From assembly GCF_006345805.1 (NCBI RefSeq), contig NC_042998.1:2852001-2916000 (forward strand): a DNA stretch of 64,000 nucleotides. Direction: 5' to 3'. The DNA comes from Octopus sinensis. Taxonomy: Eukaryota. The notes below the pieces were generated by a model that was not told the DNA's origin, searched no databases, and saw only the letters and a list, made by a program, of their open reading frames with translations. The position numbers and the translations under genes were made by a program. Position 1 is the stretch's first letter, and the number at the start of each line of letters is the position of its first letter. Below are positions 52,061 to 64,000 of this stretch, piece by piece.

Positions 52061-52289
52061 CATCAAATAATAAAAAAGGGTTTCAAATTTTGGCCAGAAT
52101 TTCAGGGAAGGGGAAGGGGTGTAGTCGATTACATCAACTTCAGTGTTTAACTGTGACTTATTTTATTGACCCTGAAAAAATGAAAGACAAAATCAACCTC
52201 AACAGAATTTGAATTCAAAACATAAAGACAGATGAAATGCTGCTGAGAATTATGCCTGGTGTGGTAACAACTCTGCCAGCTCACTGCCT

Positions 52290-52990
52290 TAATAATGCCT
52301 TAATCCTCTGGGACTTTCCAGTCAACACTGACAGAACAATCCAGGCTAATCGATCAAACATAATTATTAAAGACAGGGATGAAAATACTTATAGACAACT
52401 AGATGTAAGTGTTCCCACTGATAAAAATACATCTGTAAAGGAATTTGACAAAGATAACATCCCAGGAGAACCATGTCTCAGAGAAATCCAAAAGATTGTG
52501 CTGACAAGTACTGTCCACATCCTTAGAAAAACCCTATCAATTTAAACGTCTGGGTTGTATCACAAAGAGATATTTCACTACTGCCCCTGTCACTTACCCT
52601 TCCTAAGCTTTTAGTTATACTGTAACATCTGTTATCCTTCACTTGCCCTAGGGTGCTGAGTGTCTCAGTAAGTAATTGCAACAAACATGCAGACTAAAAG
52701 TAAATAACAATAATAATAATAATCATTCTCATAGATACTGCCCACATCCTAAGAAAACACTGTCAACCCAAAAATATCTGATTTTTTTATAATTCTTTCA
52801 AAATCACAAATATTCCAACAAATTCTTAGCAAAACCTTAATTTCCTCAGTATCCGGTCTCCTTTCCTTGAAATATGTCATTGATATTCATAAATAACCTC
52901 CAAAGTTAAACATCCACCTAGCTGTTACTTGAGGTTTACGGGTGAGACTTTGAACTGCTTGTGTAAAACAATGATGATGATGATGATGAT
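52290..52990 (+). mobile_element. Two tandem R4/Dong-like LINE 3' fragments with (AAT)n/(GAT)n tails
   Basis: Seen: ILWDFPVNTDRTIQANRSNIIIKD...LDVSVPTDKN...EIQKIVLTSTVHILRKTLSI* (ORF 52237..52545), an AAT tail at about 52700-52720, then a second DTAHILRKTLS copy starting at about 52722. Confidence 0.72.
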
Positions 52991-53280
52991 GAGATATATA
53001 CACACACACACACAGCAACAGCATTCTTAAGTAATATTTTCAGGAAACAAGATAGTATGAGAAAGTTCTGGGACCAGGTTTAAAAGGAAAATACACAATT
53101 TCTTCATATATTATTTACATTTGGGCATGTTACTCCTGATCAAGTAGGCCTACAATCAAAATATTCTCCAACAATACATCTTGCTTTTGTAAGGCATGAT
53201 ATATCTGTGTCCATTCTTTCTTTGAGATGAAGAAAATATGATCTAAGTGAGAAATTTAGCTACTATCTTTAACAGGTTAC

Positions 53281-53311
53281 CTGATCTCATAGAAACTGCG
53301 TATTTTTTTTT
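53281..53311 (-). CDS. Candidate 31-nt upstream exon (xKKIRSFYEI-R), phase 1-2
   Basis: Seen: acceptor TCTTCCTTAACAG, donor CAG|GTAACC. It is phase-compatible with the 49049 exon (AG|A = Arg). It is short, so it could be a chance match. Confidence 0.3.
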
Positions 53312-55104
53312 CTGTTAAGGAAGATTTACAAGAAAATGTATATAGTGTAGTATTTTACAAGAGATTTTACTCTGAATTGATTAAAAACCAAGCAAATATG
53401 AAAACAAGCCAGCAACTGCTTAAACTATAATCTCCATAACATTTTTATTTATATATTACTTGGATGGTACATATCCCAATATTAAATTCCTAACTAGATC
53501 TACTGTTACATTCTGTAGCCTGAGGTGTTGTACAATAGCAAAAAAAAACATCCTCATAAAAATTTAGTGCAATTTTGCATCATGTAACATTGAGCAGGCC
53601 AACAGAGGTAGACCAATAGGTAATAAAAGCAGACAAATTTATTTTTAATTTTCCTATCATATATATGTTGCCTCTAAGGAAGTTATGTAATGGAAAATCC
53701 CAATGGTTTTTGTTTTCTCATTGGTTTCAAACATTGGACATTGGCCAATGCTGTGGCACCAACTTCAAGGGTTCTTAGTTGATCATACTGATGCTGTGTG
53801 TATATATATATATCTCATCATCATCATCATCGTTTAACGTCCGTTTTCCGCGCTAGCATGGGTTGGACAGTTCGACCGGGGTCTGGGAAGCCAGGGGCTG
53901 CACCAGGCTCCAGTCTGATCTGGCAGAGTTTCTACAGCTGGATGCCCTTCCTAACGCCAACCACTCCGCAAGTGTAGTGGGTGATTTTTACATGCCACCT
54001 GCACAGGTGCCAGGGGGGGGGGGGTCCGGCATCGGCCACAATCGGTTGGAGCTTTTAACGTGCCACCAGCATATATATGTATATATACAGATATATATAT
54101 ATATATTTTGTCCGATATTATTTTTATCAATTCCATTTGGCTGAATGATTGAGTTATGCTCTGACCATAAACGGATGCATAACATGGACACAAATGCAAG
54201 CAAACAGGACTATGTATGTGATTAAGAAGTTTCTTTCTCAAACATGTAGTTAAAGGTTCAATCCTACTGTGCTGCAGCCTGGGCACATCATCTCCTACTT
54301 GAGCTGCAAGCTGACAAATCTTTTGTGGGAGAATTTGGGGAGACAAAAACAGTTTGAAGACTGTTGAACGTGTGTGCGTGTGTATGTGCGTGCGCGAGCG
54401 TGTGCGTGTGCACATGTATGTGTGCTTGAGTGTGTGCTTATCTATGTAAATGTTTACAATCTGCACTGAGCTACAACCACAAAAACGTCGCCTTCCCCAC
54501 CCAAATTTGCACCAGAAAACTGAAACAAGACAGTGTTTGGAAAGAGATGAAAAATCAAAACACTATAATTAGAATAAATTTAATTAATAATTAATCATCA
54601 TATGCAGAGTGAACAGCAAGAATGAAAGCAATAATTTGCATATTTCTTCTTCGTATGTTCTGGCAGATTTGAACTTAAGTATGCTGATCAACGCTGTTTC
54701 ATCACAGGAGAACAACTTCTTTATGATGAATGCGTCCATAACACTGTGACTCCCAGTGTTTCAACATAATTGTGTCTCATCAGGACTGCTGAATCTAACT
54801 AGAGTTCAGGGTTTTTGTTTATAACACCAGCAAACTAATTAAGGTATTATTTCAAACTTCATTTAGTTTCAGTGTGATCAAATTAATATTTCGTTTGTCC
54901 AACATATAAAGTCCTTTTTCTAAATTCATAAATTTCATAAATATTCAATGGGGAGTAGCACTGAATCTCCTCTTACTGTCCCTCCCTATTACTGACTTCC
55001 TCTCACTAACCCCTGATGCAACTGTTTCCTTTTCCCTTCTATTGCTCCTCCCACTCTCTCTACTAACAGCTTCTCACCAAAATAAACCTGTTCTTCCCAT
55101 CATA

Positions 55105-55602
55105 TACTCTTTTACTCTTTTACTTGTTTCAGTCATTTGACTGTGGTCATGCTGGAGCACCGCCTTTAGTCGAGCAAATCAACCCCCAGGACGTATTCTT
55201 TGTAAGCCTAGTACTTATTCTATCGGTATCTTATGCCAAACTGCTAAGTTATGGGGACGTAAAGACACCAGCATCGGTTGTCAAGCGATGTTGGGGGAGG
55301 GGGCAAACACAGACACACACACACACACACATAATAATAATAATAATAATAATAATAATATTAGGGAGCATAATAGTGGTTTTATCTCTAATTCATATTT
55401 TATATATATATATATATATATGTATGTATATACACACATATACATAACAGGCTTCTTTCAGTTTCCATCTACCAAATCCACTCACAAGGCTTTGGTCTGT
55501 CCGAGGCTATAGCAGAAGACACTTGCCCAAGGTGCCACGCAGTGGGACTGAACCCGGAACCATGTGGTTGGTAAGCAAGCTACTTACCACACAGCCACTC
55601 CT
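55105..55602 (-). mobile_element. Full-length SINE family A
   Basis: Seen: same head and tail; the interior has (CA)n, (TAA)n and (TA)n expansions. Confidence 0.85.
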
Positions 55603-56026
55603 ACATGCATATATATGTTAACTTTTCAATATCTCACCGAACGTCACCACCCCCTCTCTCCTGTTCTTTCTCTCAATTAAGAGAATTCATTAGTCTGTGA
55701 ATTACAAGGTGAACTCATTACTGGTTGTGTCACAATGATGAACTCAATACACTGTAAAGTGGTTGGTAAACCAAGCAGAGATAATACTGGACTGAGAAGA
55801 GGACCTCTACAGTGAGGTACCATGCAAAAAAAGAAATGTACCCAGCACAACCTGTTAAATGATTATTGTTATGAAGGACATCCATGCCAAAACTGAGACA
55901 TTGGAGCAACACATGGTTCACCCAACTTATTGGATTCTGTCAAATCAACCAATACATGTCAACAAGGAAAGTAACGATAATGATGATGATGATGATGATT
56001 ATGATGATGATGATGATGATGATGAT

Positions 56027-56258
56027 TTAACCCTTTAGCATTTAAACTAGCCATATCCAGCCCAAAGTATTTTGCCTGTGTTATGTTCAAAGTGGCCAGA
56101 TCTGACCTATTACACCTATCCAACAATGTCATTATAAAAATAAACAATCAATCATCAAAATCTCAAAGCTACATGATGATGCATGATTAAATCGAAACAA
56201 TTTGAATAAATAAATAAGCATTAGATTTGACAAATTAATCTGAATGTTAAAGGGTCAA
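56027..56258. mobile_element. piggyBac-like MITE
   Basis: Seen: TTAACCCTTTAGCATT ... AATGTTAAAGGGTCAA terminal inverted repeats with TTAA-like flanks. Confidence 0.7.
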
Positions 56259-58244
56259 GTTAGGTTTCATAAGTGGATCAAATTAAACATGTACTATTTC
56301 ATTCATTTGAACAAACAATATTAATTCAAATGCATCTGTCCACCATGGCATCAGTACCGATATAGCCTTTTACATTCTGAGTTCAAATCCCACCAAGGGC
56401 ATCTTTGACTGATGCTTAGGTTGTTGCACCTCTGATTCTCAGAAGAATGAAAGGTAAATACTGACATCAATATACCCCACTAACCCCTTTTTCCAAATTT
56501 CTGGCCCTGAGCCAATGTTAGAAAATGAAGAAAGTTGGATTGGAAGAACTGTTAAAGGATCAATCAAAATGCTTTGTATTAAGTTATGACCCCTTATTTT
56601 TAAGTTCAAATACTGCAAAAGTCAATTTTCCTTTCATGCTTTGAAGGTCAATAGAATGAAACACTAGTCAAGTACTAGGACTGGTATAACCAACTGCTAC
56701 ACTCCTTACAAATATATGGTCCTGTAGTTTATGCTAGTAATTATTGTTGTTGTTATTGATAGTGAACAAGCAGCTACAGCAGGGCTCCAGAGGAGAATTT
56801 GATTCTGAGGTCACATGATAAAATTGTTTCTTTTTTTCTGTTTGTTTTCTTTTCATCAACAAAGAGATTTAAGATATTTAAATATGCACTCCGTTTCTCT
56901 GGAGAGAGAAAATAAGGTTTTGTTTTTGAGACATATTTTTATATTTTTGCCAGACATTGTTTTGTAGTAATTCAATACAGTTTCTCCTTGGAAAGTGGGA
57001 TGAGAATGCCAGCCACAAATGTAATGGCAACAGAAATGTACCCAAAGAAAATTTCAAAAACAGACAATTTTTTTTTTAAAACCAGCAGACAGAAAGGAAA
57101 ATGATAACAACTGAACAAGCAGAGACAAGTAAGAATACAGACATTTCCACTTCGATAAATACAAACAGAAGGAACAAAAATGGTGACAGCTAAAACTATC
57201 ACAAAACTAACAACAGTTCTGCTAGTATTGTGAGCCAGAAAAAGGAAATGGCCATGGGTCAACTGCAGCAAAGGAAAAATGTGGGACAAGTATGTCGCAA
57301 AAACAGTGCTTCTTTGACTGGATAATTTAAGAAGCAAGGACAAGAGGAAAAGTGACGCACCTTTGTTTTTTTCTAAAAACATAGTGAGTTTACCCTCAAA
57401 GCTGTTGGAAGAAACCCTGACCGATGTATGGCACAATGTATGCTCCATCAAGTGAGGCTGAGTGTATTTGTATATACAGCATCATGACCATCATCATCAC
57501 CATCATCGCTTAACGTCCATTCTCCATGCTAGCATGGGTTGGACGGTTCCACCAGGGTCTGGGAAGCCAGGGGCTGCACCAGGCTCCAGCCTGATCTGGC
57601 AGTGTTTCTACAGCTGGATGCCCTTCCTAACACCAACCACTTTATGAGTGTAGTGGGTGCTTTTTACGTGTCACCAGCACAGGTGCCAGGGGAGGCCACG
57701 TTCAAATGGTGCTTTTTATGTGCCACTGGTACAGGTATCACAACTACAATTTCCATCTGATATTTATTTTGATGTTGATGTACTTGGCTTAATGTTTTGA
57801 GAAGAAAAGTGTGTGGCCAGTGCTAGTGCTGTGATATATGAGGGGGAGGAAACTCACAGACCACAACCAGAGACATTGGTATGCATTTTCAGTATAGTAT
57901 GGCAAAGTAGTGAGCATGGAAGTAACAACACACATGCTGTGAGGGTAAGGTTTAACATGGATATTCAGCTTCTGGTGGACCTCAAATATCACAAAGCTAC
58001 CTAAGAGTTATACCGCACTGCAGGAGCAATAAGAAAGGTAATCAGATAAGTTGGATAAAGCAGAAAGCCCAGCCACTACACATGTAAGAGCAAGAACCAC
58101 TTGAAAGTTGTCTGCTGGAGGAGGAAGAAAAATAGAGGATGAAAAAGGGTGGAAGGCAACAGCAACAAATTCCAGAAGCTGCTATTCCAAGAGCAATAAT
58201 ATGGCCCTTGTGGCAAATATGCAAGACAATCATTGTTTATTCAT

Positions 58245-59190
58245 AACAGCAGGGTTTGAACTTCTTGTGTTCTGAGTTCAATTCCTGCCTTTTATCCTTC
58301 AGGGGTAGATAAAATAAATTACCAGTGAAGTATGGGGTTCACAAATGCCAACTCCTCAAAAAACTGGCCTTGTGCCTAAATTAGAAATCATTATAATAAT
58401 TGTTAGAGCACTGGACAAAATGTCTGATAGATTTTCTTCTGACTCATTATAATCCGAGTTTAAATTCTTCCAGGGTCAACTTTGCTTTTCATCCCTCCAA
58501 AATTGATAAAATAAGATACCAATCAAATATTGGGGGTTGACGTAATAGACTTACCCACTTCCCTCAAAACTGGTGGTCTTCTTGCCAAAATTAGATATTA
58601 TTAGTGTTACTATTATTAAAGTCAGCAAGCTGGTAGACTTGTTAGCATGCTGGGCAAAATGCCTAGTGGTATTCTGTCCGTCACTATGTTCTGAGTTCAA
58701 ATTCTGCCAAGGTCAATTTTGTCTTTCATCCTTTCAAGGTCAATAAATTAAGCACCAGTGAAACGGTGGGGTCAACGTAATCAAATAGACCCTTCCCCAT
58801 AAAATTTGAGGTCTTCTGCCTCCAGTAAAAAGCATTATTATTATTATTATTATTATTATTAAGTCAGCGGGTTGACAGAATCCTTAGCGCTGCAAGCAAA
58901 ATACTTAATGCTATTTTGTCCGTCTTTACATTGCGAGTTCAAATTTCTCCAAGGTCAATTTTGCCTTTCATCCTTTTGGGGGTCAATAAAATAAGTACCA
59001 GTTGAATACTGGGGTCAATGTAATTAAGTTACCCCCTCCCTCAAACTTACTGACCTTGTGCCAACACTTGAAATTCTTAATACTAGCTGTTTCCGTACCA
59101 TCAAAAATGACGGCTAATTCTAGTTTCTTATATATAAAAACGGATGGTAAATCAAATTAATAAACTTGTTAATGTTATCTAATGGTTATC

Positions 59191-59225
<35 letters not shown>

Positions 59226-59577
59226 GCATTCACATTTCCCTTTCACATACACACACATATACTCACACAGAGTTGAAACATTCCCACTACCATCTTGCCA
59301 TCACCCCTTCCTCTCTCATTCATATGTTGCGACGGAGAAAAACACGAGTATTATTATAGTACATTCTTCTTCTTCTTATTATTATTATTATTGCTACATT
59401 CTGAGTTCTAATCCAGCTGAGGTCGACTTTGCCTTTCATTCTTTCAGGGTCAATAAATTAAGTACCAGTGAAACGGTGGGGTCAATGTAATTGACTAGTC
59501 CCCACCCCACAAATTTCAGGACTTGTGCTTTTAGTGGAAAGGATGACTAATATTATTATTATTACTACTACTAATAT

Positions 59578-59616
<39 letters not shown>

Positions 59617-59840
59617 CATCATTAAGGTAACAAACTGGCAGAATCCTTAACATGTTGGAGAAAATGTAGAGCAGCATTTCTTTAGATCCTGAGTTCAAGT
59701 CCTGCCGAGATCAACTTTGCCTTTCATCCTTTCAGCCCCAATAAAATGAGTACCAAGTGAGCAGGGGAGGGAGGGGGGTCAACTTAACCCCTCTCCTAAA
59801 TTTGCTAGTCTTATATCAAAATAAGAACTACTACTACTAC
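58245..59840 (+). mobile_element. Train of six decayed family C SINEs in the same orientation
   Basis: Seen: the central CTTTCATCC...ATAAAATAAGTACCAG motif recurs at about 58290, 58485, 58725, 58965, 59430 and 59720, separated by (TAT)/(TAC) tails. Confidence 0.78.
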
Positions 59841-60567
59841 TATTTATATCTTTATATCACTCTCTCTCTCTCTCAGTCGCTTTATTTGCTTAGCGGTATA
59901 TGTATCTTTCTGGGTAAGAATTTTGCTGCTTTTTGAGAGTTGGCAAATTTGATGATCCAGCACAACACAGGTCTGTCCCGCAAGTCCCAAGGGTTCTGGA
60001 TTAGCAAAACAATGCTGTAATTTTAACACGTTATGTCTGAGATGACGGAGAATATCAACTGGGAGTGTAGCAAGAAAGAAGTATGGAATCACAAACATAC
60101 AACCATACACACAAATAAAAACTCAGATAGAGACAGACAGACAGACACATAGATAGAGAGTGAAAGAGTGAGAGGGGGTGAGAAAGAGATTCTAGAACCT
60201 TCAATAATGTTACATGATGCAAAAATATGCTTCATTTTACAAGAGGGTTATACAATCTCTCAAATAGGCTCTCAAGGAATGATTTCTCAAACGAAAGACT
60301 AAGAAGCCAGCTATTTTTGCCAGCTGGCCATTGATGACACACCCTAACGAATGAATCAAACAAGTTGAGCAAGCTGGTTTCCCATGCCACTTGACAGAAT
60401 GAAAGATTTCTAAAGAGTCTGGCCTAAATACTGTGCTTAGGTTATTAGTTTATTACATTCATGCCCAGTTTTAATTCCTATTTAGACAGGTCCACTTTAC
60501 TTCAGTCAATCCATCACTTACTATTTTCTATCTTAAATGAAAAAAAAAAATGGAGTTGCCTATATAT

Positions 60568-60908
60568 AGGTGCCAGTGTGGTTTGGTGGTAAGTAGCTTG
60601 CTTCCCAACCACATGATTCTGGGTTCAGTCCCACAGCGTGGCACCTTGGGTAAGTGTCTTCTACTTTAGCCTCGGACAGACCAAGGCCTTGTGAGTGGAT
60701 TTGGTAGACAGAAACTGAAAGAAGTCTATCATATGTATGTATGTATATAAGTATGTATGTATGTATGTATGTATGTATGTATGTATGTATATAAGTATGT
60801 ATGTATGTATGTATGTAAGTATGTATGTATGTATGTATATAAGTATGTATGTATGTATGTATGTTTGTGTATCTGAGTTTATACCCCACCACCATAGCTT
60901 GACAACTG
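60568..60908 (+). mobile_element. SINE family A, 3'-interrupted, with (GTAT)n expansion
   Basis: Seen: head and body homology; cut at about 60908 by a LINE 3' end with a (GAA)n tail on the opposite strand. Confidence 0.75.
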
Positions 60909-61499
60909 ATTTCTTCTTCTTCCAATCAGGACTCACGCCATTAGCCACAAAGAATAATCTCTAATTTGAGCCTACTCTAAGCTACTAAGAATGTGTGTGG
61001 CAACTTGAAGATCCACCCACCACAAGCGATAGACTGGTGGTTGCACAGGCGTGAAAGCTATGTTGTTACCCTCATTCCATAAATGGTGGCTTTTTATGGG
61101 TGGAGAGCTGAACCGTCCTGGAGTACAGAGTATTTGCTATCCAAACTAGGGTCTGAAAGTTTACCACACCATAGTGGGTTACACCACGGTTCCTCTGCTT
61201 TGTGGAAGAAGTAGAAAGAAAGAGTGAGAGAAAGATGTGGTGAAAGAGTACAGCAGGGTTACTCCCCACCCCTGCCGGAGCCTCATGGAGCTTGGGTGTT
61301 TACAAATGATGTTGGTGTGTTTACATCCTCATAACTCAGTGGTTCAGCAAAAGAGGTCGATAGAATACGTACTAGGCTTACAAAGAATAAGTCCTGGGTT
61401 CGGTTTGTTCATCTAAAGGCTGTGCTCCAGCATGGCCTTTAGTTGATGTTAGGTAACAACAACAGCAACAACATCATACTGCTATCACTATTTCTCAGC

Positions 61500-61800
61500 C
61501 CCATTTGGAAGGCCATGCAAGGAAGGGATACATATACTGCTTTGTCTAACAAGATCAATCATTGAAAAAAAAGAAAAGAAAAAGATATTTCTTGACTTTA
61601 GGATTGTGATTTCCAGGAACAATTTTAACTGCCAAATACTGCAGAAGCATCAACCTTGAAACTTGTTCAAAATCAGATTTGATAGAAAATAGGCCAGATA
61701 TTGTATATTGATGGGAATATTGATAAAAGAAATGAGGATGAACATACCAACTCATAATGAAGCTGAACTACTACAGAGATATGTTACAAAATAAAATCAA
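61500..61800 (+). mobile_element. Decayed R4/Dong-like RLE fragment
   Basis: Seen: broken LW-DFP...ENRPDIV-like translation. Confidence 0.4.
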
Positions 61801-62652
61801 ACACACACAAAGAATAGATGGGTCTGAGTCTGCCATATCTTTTACCTTTACATTTTTCAGTTGTTACATTGAGGCCATGCTGGAGCACCATCTTGGAGAA
61901 TTTTTATGTGAATAAATCAACCCCAGTACTAATTAGATTTTTTAAAGCCTGGTACTTATTCTAGCAGTTTCTGTTGTTAAACTGTGAAGTAATGGGGATG
62001 TAAACACACAAACACCAGTTGTCAAGTGGTGATGGGGTACAAGCCCAGTTACACACACATACGACAGGCTTCTTTCAGTTTCTATCTCCCAAATCCACTC
62101 ATGAAGCTACAAAACTTGCCCAAGGTGCCTCGCAGTTGGACTAAACCCAAAACCATATGGTTGGGAAGCAATCTTCTTACTACACAGTGAAGCCTGTGCC
62201 ATAAATGACAAGTTTCCATATGTATATAAATATATTTATATATATAAATATATGTGTGTGTGTCTGTAAATGCCTGGATAAATGTAAACAAGCATACATC
62301 GCTATGCAAGCATACATATGCATACATCTATATGCAAAGATACATCAATGCTTACATGTGTAACACACATGCATGCATAACCAAGCAGTCTGGTTGAATT
62401 AGGCAAAACTTAAAAATGATACATTCTAATAGACTTGATACTACTTTCAGTATTCAACAGTAAATCTTTTATAATTCTGAAAATTGTCTCAAAATAATAA
62501 ACTTAAATTAACAAGTTTTACCCATATCTCCATGCACAGATGAACACAAATCTACACTACACTAGCACATATATATATATACACTACACTAGCACATATA
62601 TATCTATATATATGTATGTGTGCATATATATATGTATATATATATACGTTCT

Positions 62653-62684
<32 letters not shown>

Positions 62685-62685
62685 A

Positions 62686-62700
<15 letters not shown>

Positions 62701-62722
<22 letters not shown>

Positions 62723-64000
62723 ATTTGGCTCAAAAGCAAATAGCAAGGCCATGTAGGGGGACATGGAGTTAAGTACAGGGTGGTGTTCATGTAAAGAGTT
62801 CAGGCCACTTGAGGTCCAGGGAGGCTTTGAACAAAGCGGTCGTCGGCATCTTCGCCATCTCGTCTGGCAGCTTGTTCCACGGATCCGCAACCCGGACGGA
62901 GAAAGCTCCTCTCCTTCGATTGAGATGAAATCGTCGCAGGTAGAGCTTTTCGGAATGACCCCGCAGCCGACGCTCTGGAGCAGGAGTGAAGAACAGCTCT
63001 TTCGAGAGGTTAGACTTTCCGCTTATAATGTTGTGGGCGAGAATGAGATCACCACGGCGGCGGCGTTTTTCAAGAGAATAAAGGTCGAGCGTCCTCAGCC
63101 TTTCTTCGTAGGACAAATTTTTGAGACCATGAACCATGCGGGTAGCCAGCCTCTGGACTCTTTCGAGATGCTGTATGTCTTTGAGGAGATAAGGAGAAGA
63201 GGCCTGAATCCCATACTCACCAGCGTGACATAGAGTGGTAGGAATATGGCTGCTGTGAGCATTCCGAATGACCGTCGAATCAAGAACAGAATTCCGCGTG
63301 CTTTATTGGCAGCATGGACGCACTGGGCTGAAGGCGAAAAGGAGGAATCCACCAAGATACCCAGGTCCTTTACCTGATCGGTCCTCTCCAGCAGCAGCCG
63401 ACCCGGCTCGAAATCAAGTTGAGTTGCAGGAGTAGAGCCGACAGGCAGATGACAGCACTTTGACACGTTCAGACACAGGTCCCAATCGTTAGACCACTTC
63501 CAAATTTGGTGGAGGCATCGACGAAGATCCTCTATATTACCGCGAGGAGCGACCAGTTTGATATCGTCGGCAAATAGAAGGGTGTGTTGCGTGAGGTCGT
63601 CGGGCAAGTCATTTATGAAGACTAAGAACAACAAGGGCCCAAGCACTGAACCTTGAGGCATGCCACTGCTCGCACTGGAGACGTCGGACCGCGAACCATT
63701 AACTTGGACTTGGAAGGAGCGATCTGAGAGAAAGGCACCAACCCATCGTATAATATCCGGATGGAAACTATATGCTTGAAGCTTGACAAGTAATATGCGG
63801 TGGTTTACCGAGTCAAAAGCTTTGGCAAAGTCCAATAAAACGATGTCAACAGCATCACTATCATCGAGGATGCGCGTCACCAATTCTTCCATTACTAGTA
63901 AGTTGATCAAGCATGATCTCTTCAGCACGAAGCCGTGTTGGGAATCAGAGATAGAGGCTGTGTTTAGGAGGTGGAGCATCATACTTTTCTTAAGGATGGT
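62701..64000 (-). mobile_element. CR1/L2-group LINE, RT domain and 3' end; runs off the window
   Basis: Seen: ORF 63095..63982 with QHGF, DFAKAFDSVNH, PQGSVLGPLLFL, FADD and LGILVD, and ORF 62787..63137 with LYSLEKRRRRGDLI. There is a frameshifting deletion near 63215, where the usual RPxLE between YVTLV and YG is missing. (TAAC)n tail at 62701-62722. Confidence 0.9.

Noticed and set aside
56972-58240. GC-richer decayed segment with an LVDLKYH-like motif suggesting an old DNA transposase
   Set aside because: It is too degraded to assign a family or boundaries without a profile search.
59844-60110. 88-aa minus ORF with a good acceptor at 60059
   Set aside because: There is no credible in-phase donor, the frame runs into (GA)n, and no motif is recognisable.
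763-62327. Dozens of 60-170 aa ORFs rich in YI, CV, HT, ER, LS or poly-N/H
   Set aside because: They are translations of microsatellites and SINE bodies. For example, the near-identical [11 protein letters not shown] ORFs at 5025 and 16360 are antisense SINE copies.

Overview
AT-rich, microsatellite-saturated eukaryotic DNA. The SINE families look like those of an octopus or other coleoid cephalopod; this is recognition from memory, not a database search. Most of the window is intronic or intergenic repeat debris: several tRNA-derived and RTE-tailed SINE families, decayed LINEs (Penelope-like, RTE, Tx1/L1, CR1-like, R4/Dong-like, Hero-like), non-autonomous Helitrons and DNA-transposon MITEs. 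One host gene is supportable on the minus strand from three phase-compatible GT-AG exons (49049-48928, 41550-41455 and a giant 2346-nt exon at 37447-35102). Together they encode about 854 aa of an unidentified, largely disordered, acidic S/T/E/P-rich protein whose 5' and 3' ends I could not fix. The most unusual signals are a minimal hammerhead-ribozyme-like motif with a swapped G3-C8 core (17397-17445), hammerhead-like relics in repeats flanking a Penelope-like ORF, a young Tx1 LINE inserted in an (AAT)n tract, head-to-head Helitrons, and tail-nested SINE/LINE trains. No CRISPR array, rRNA or genuine tRNA gene was seen.
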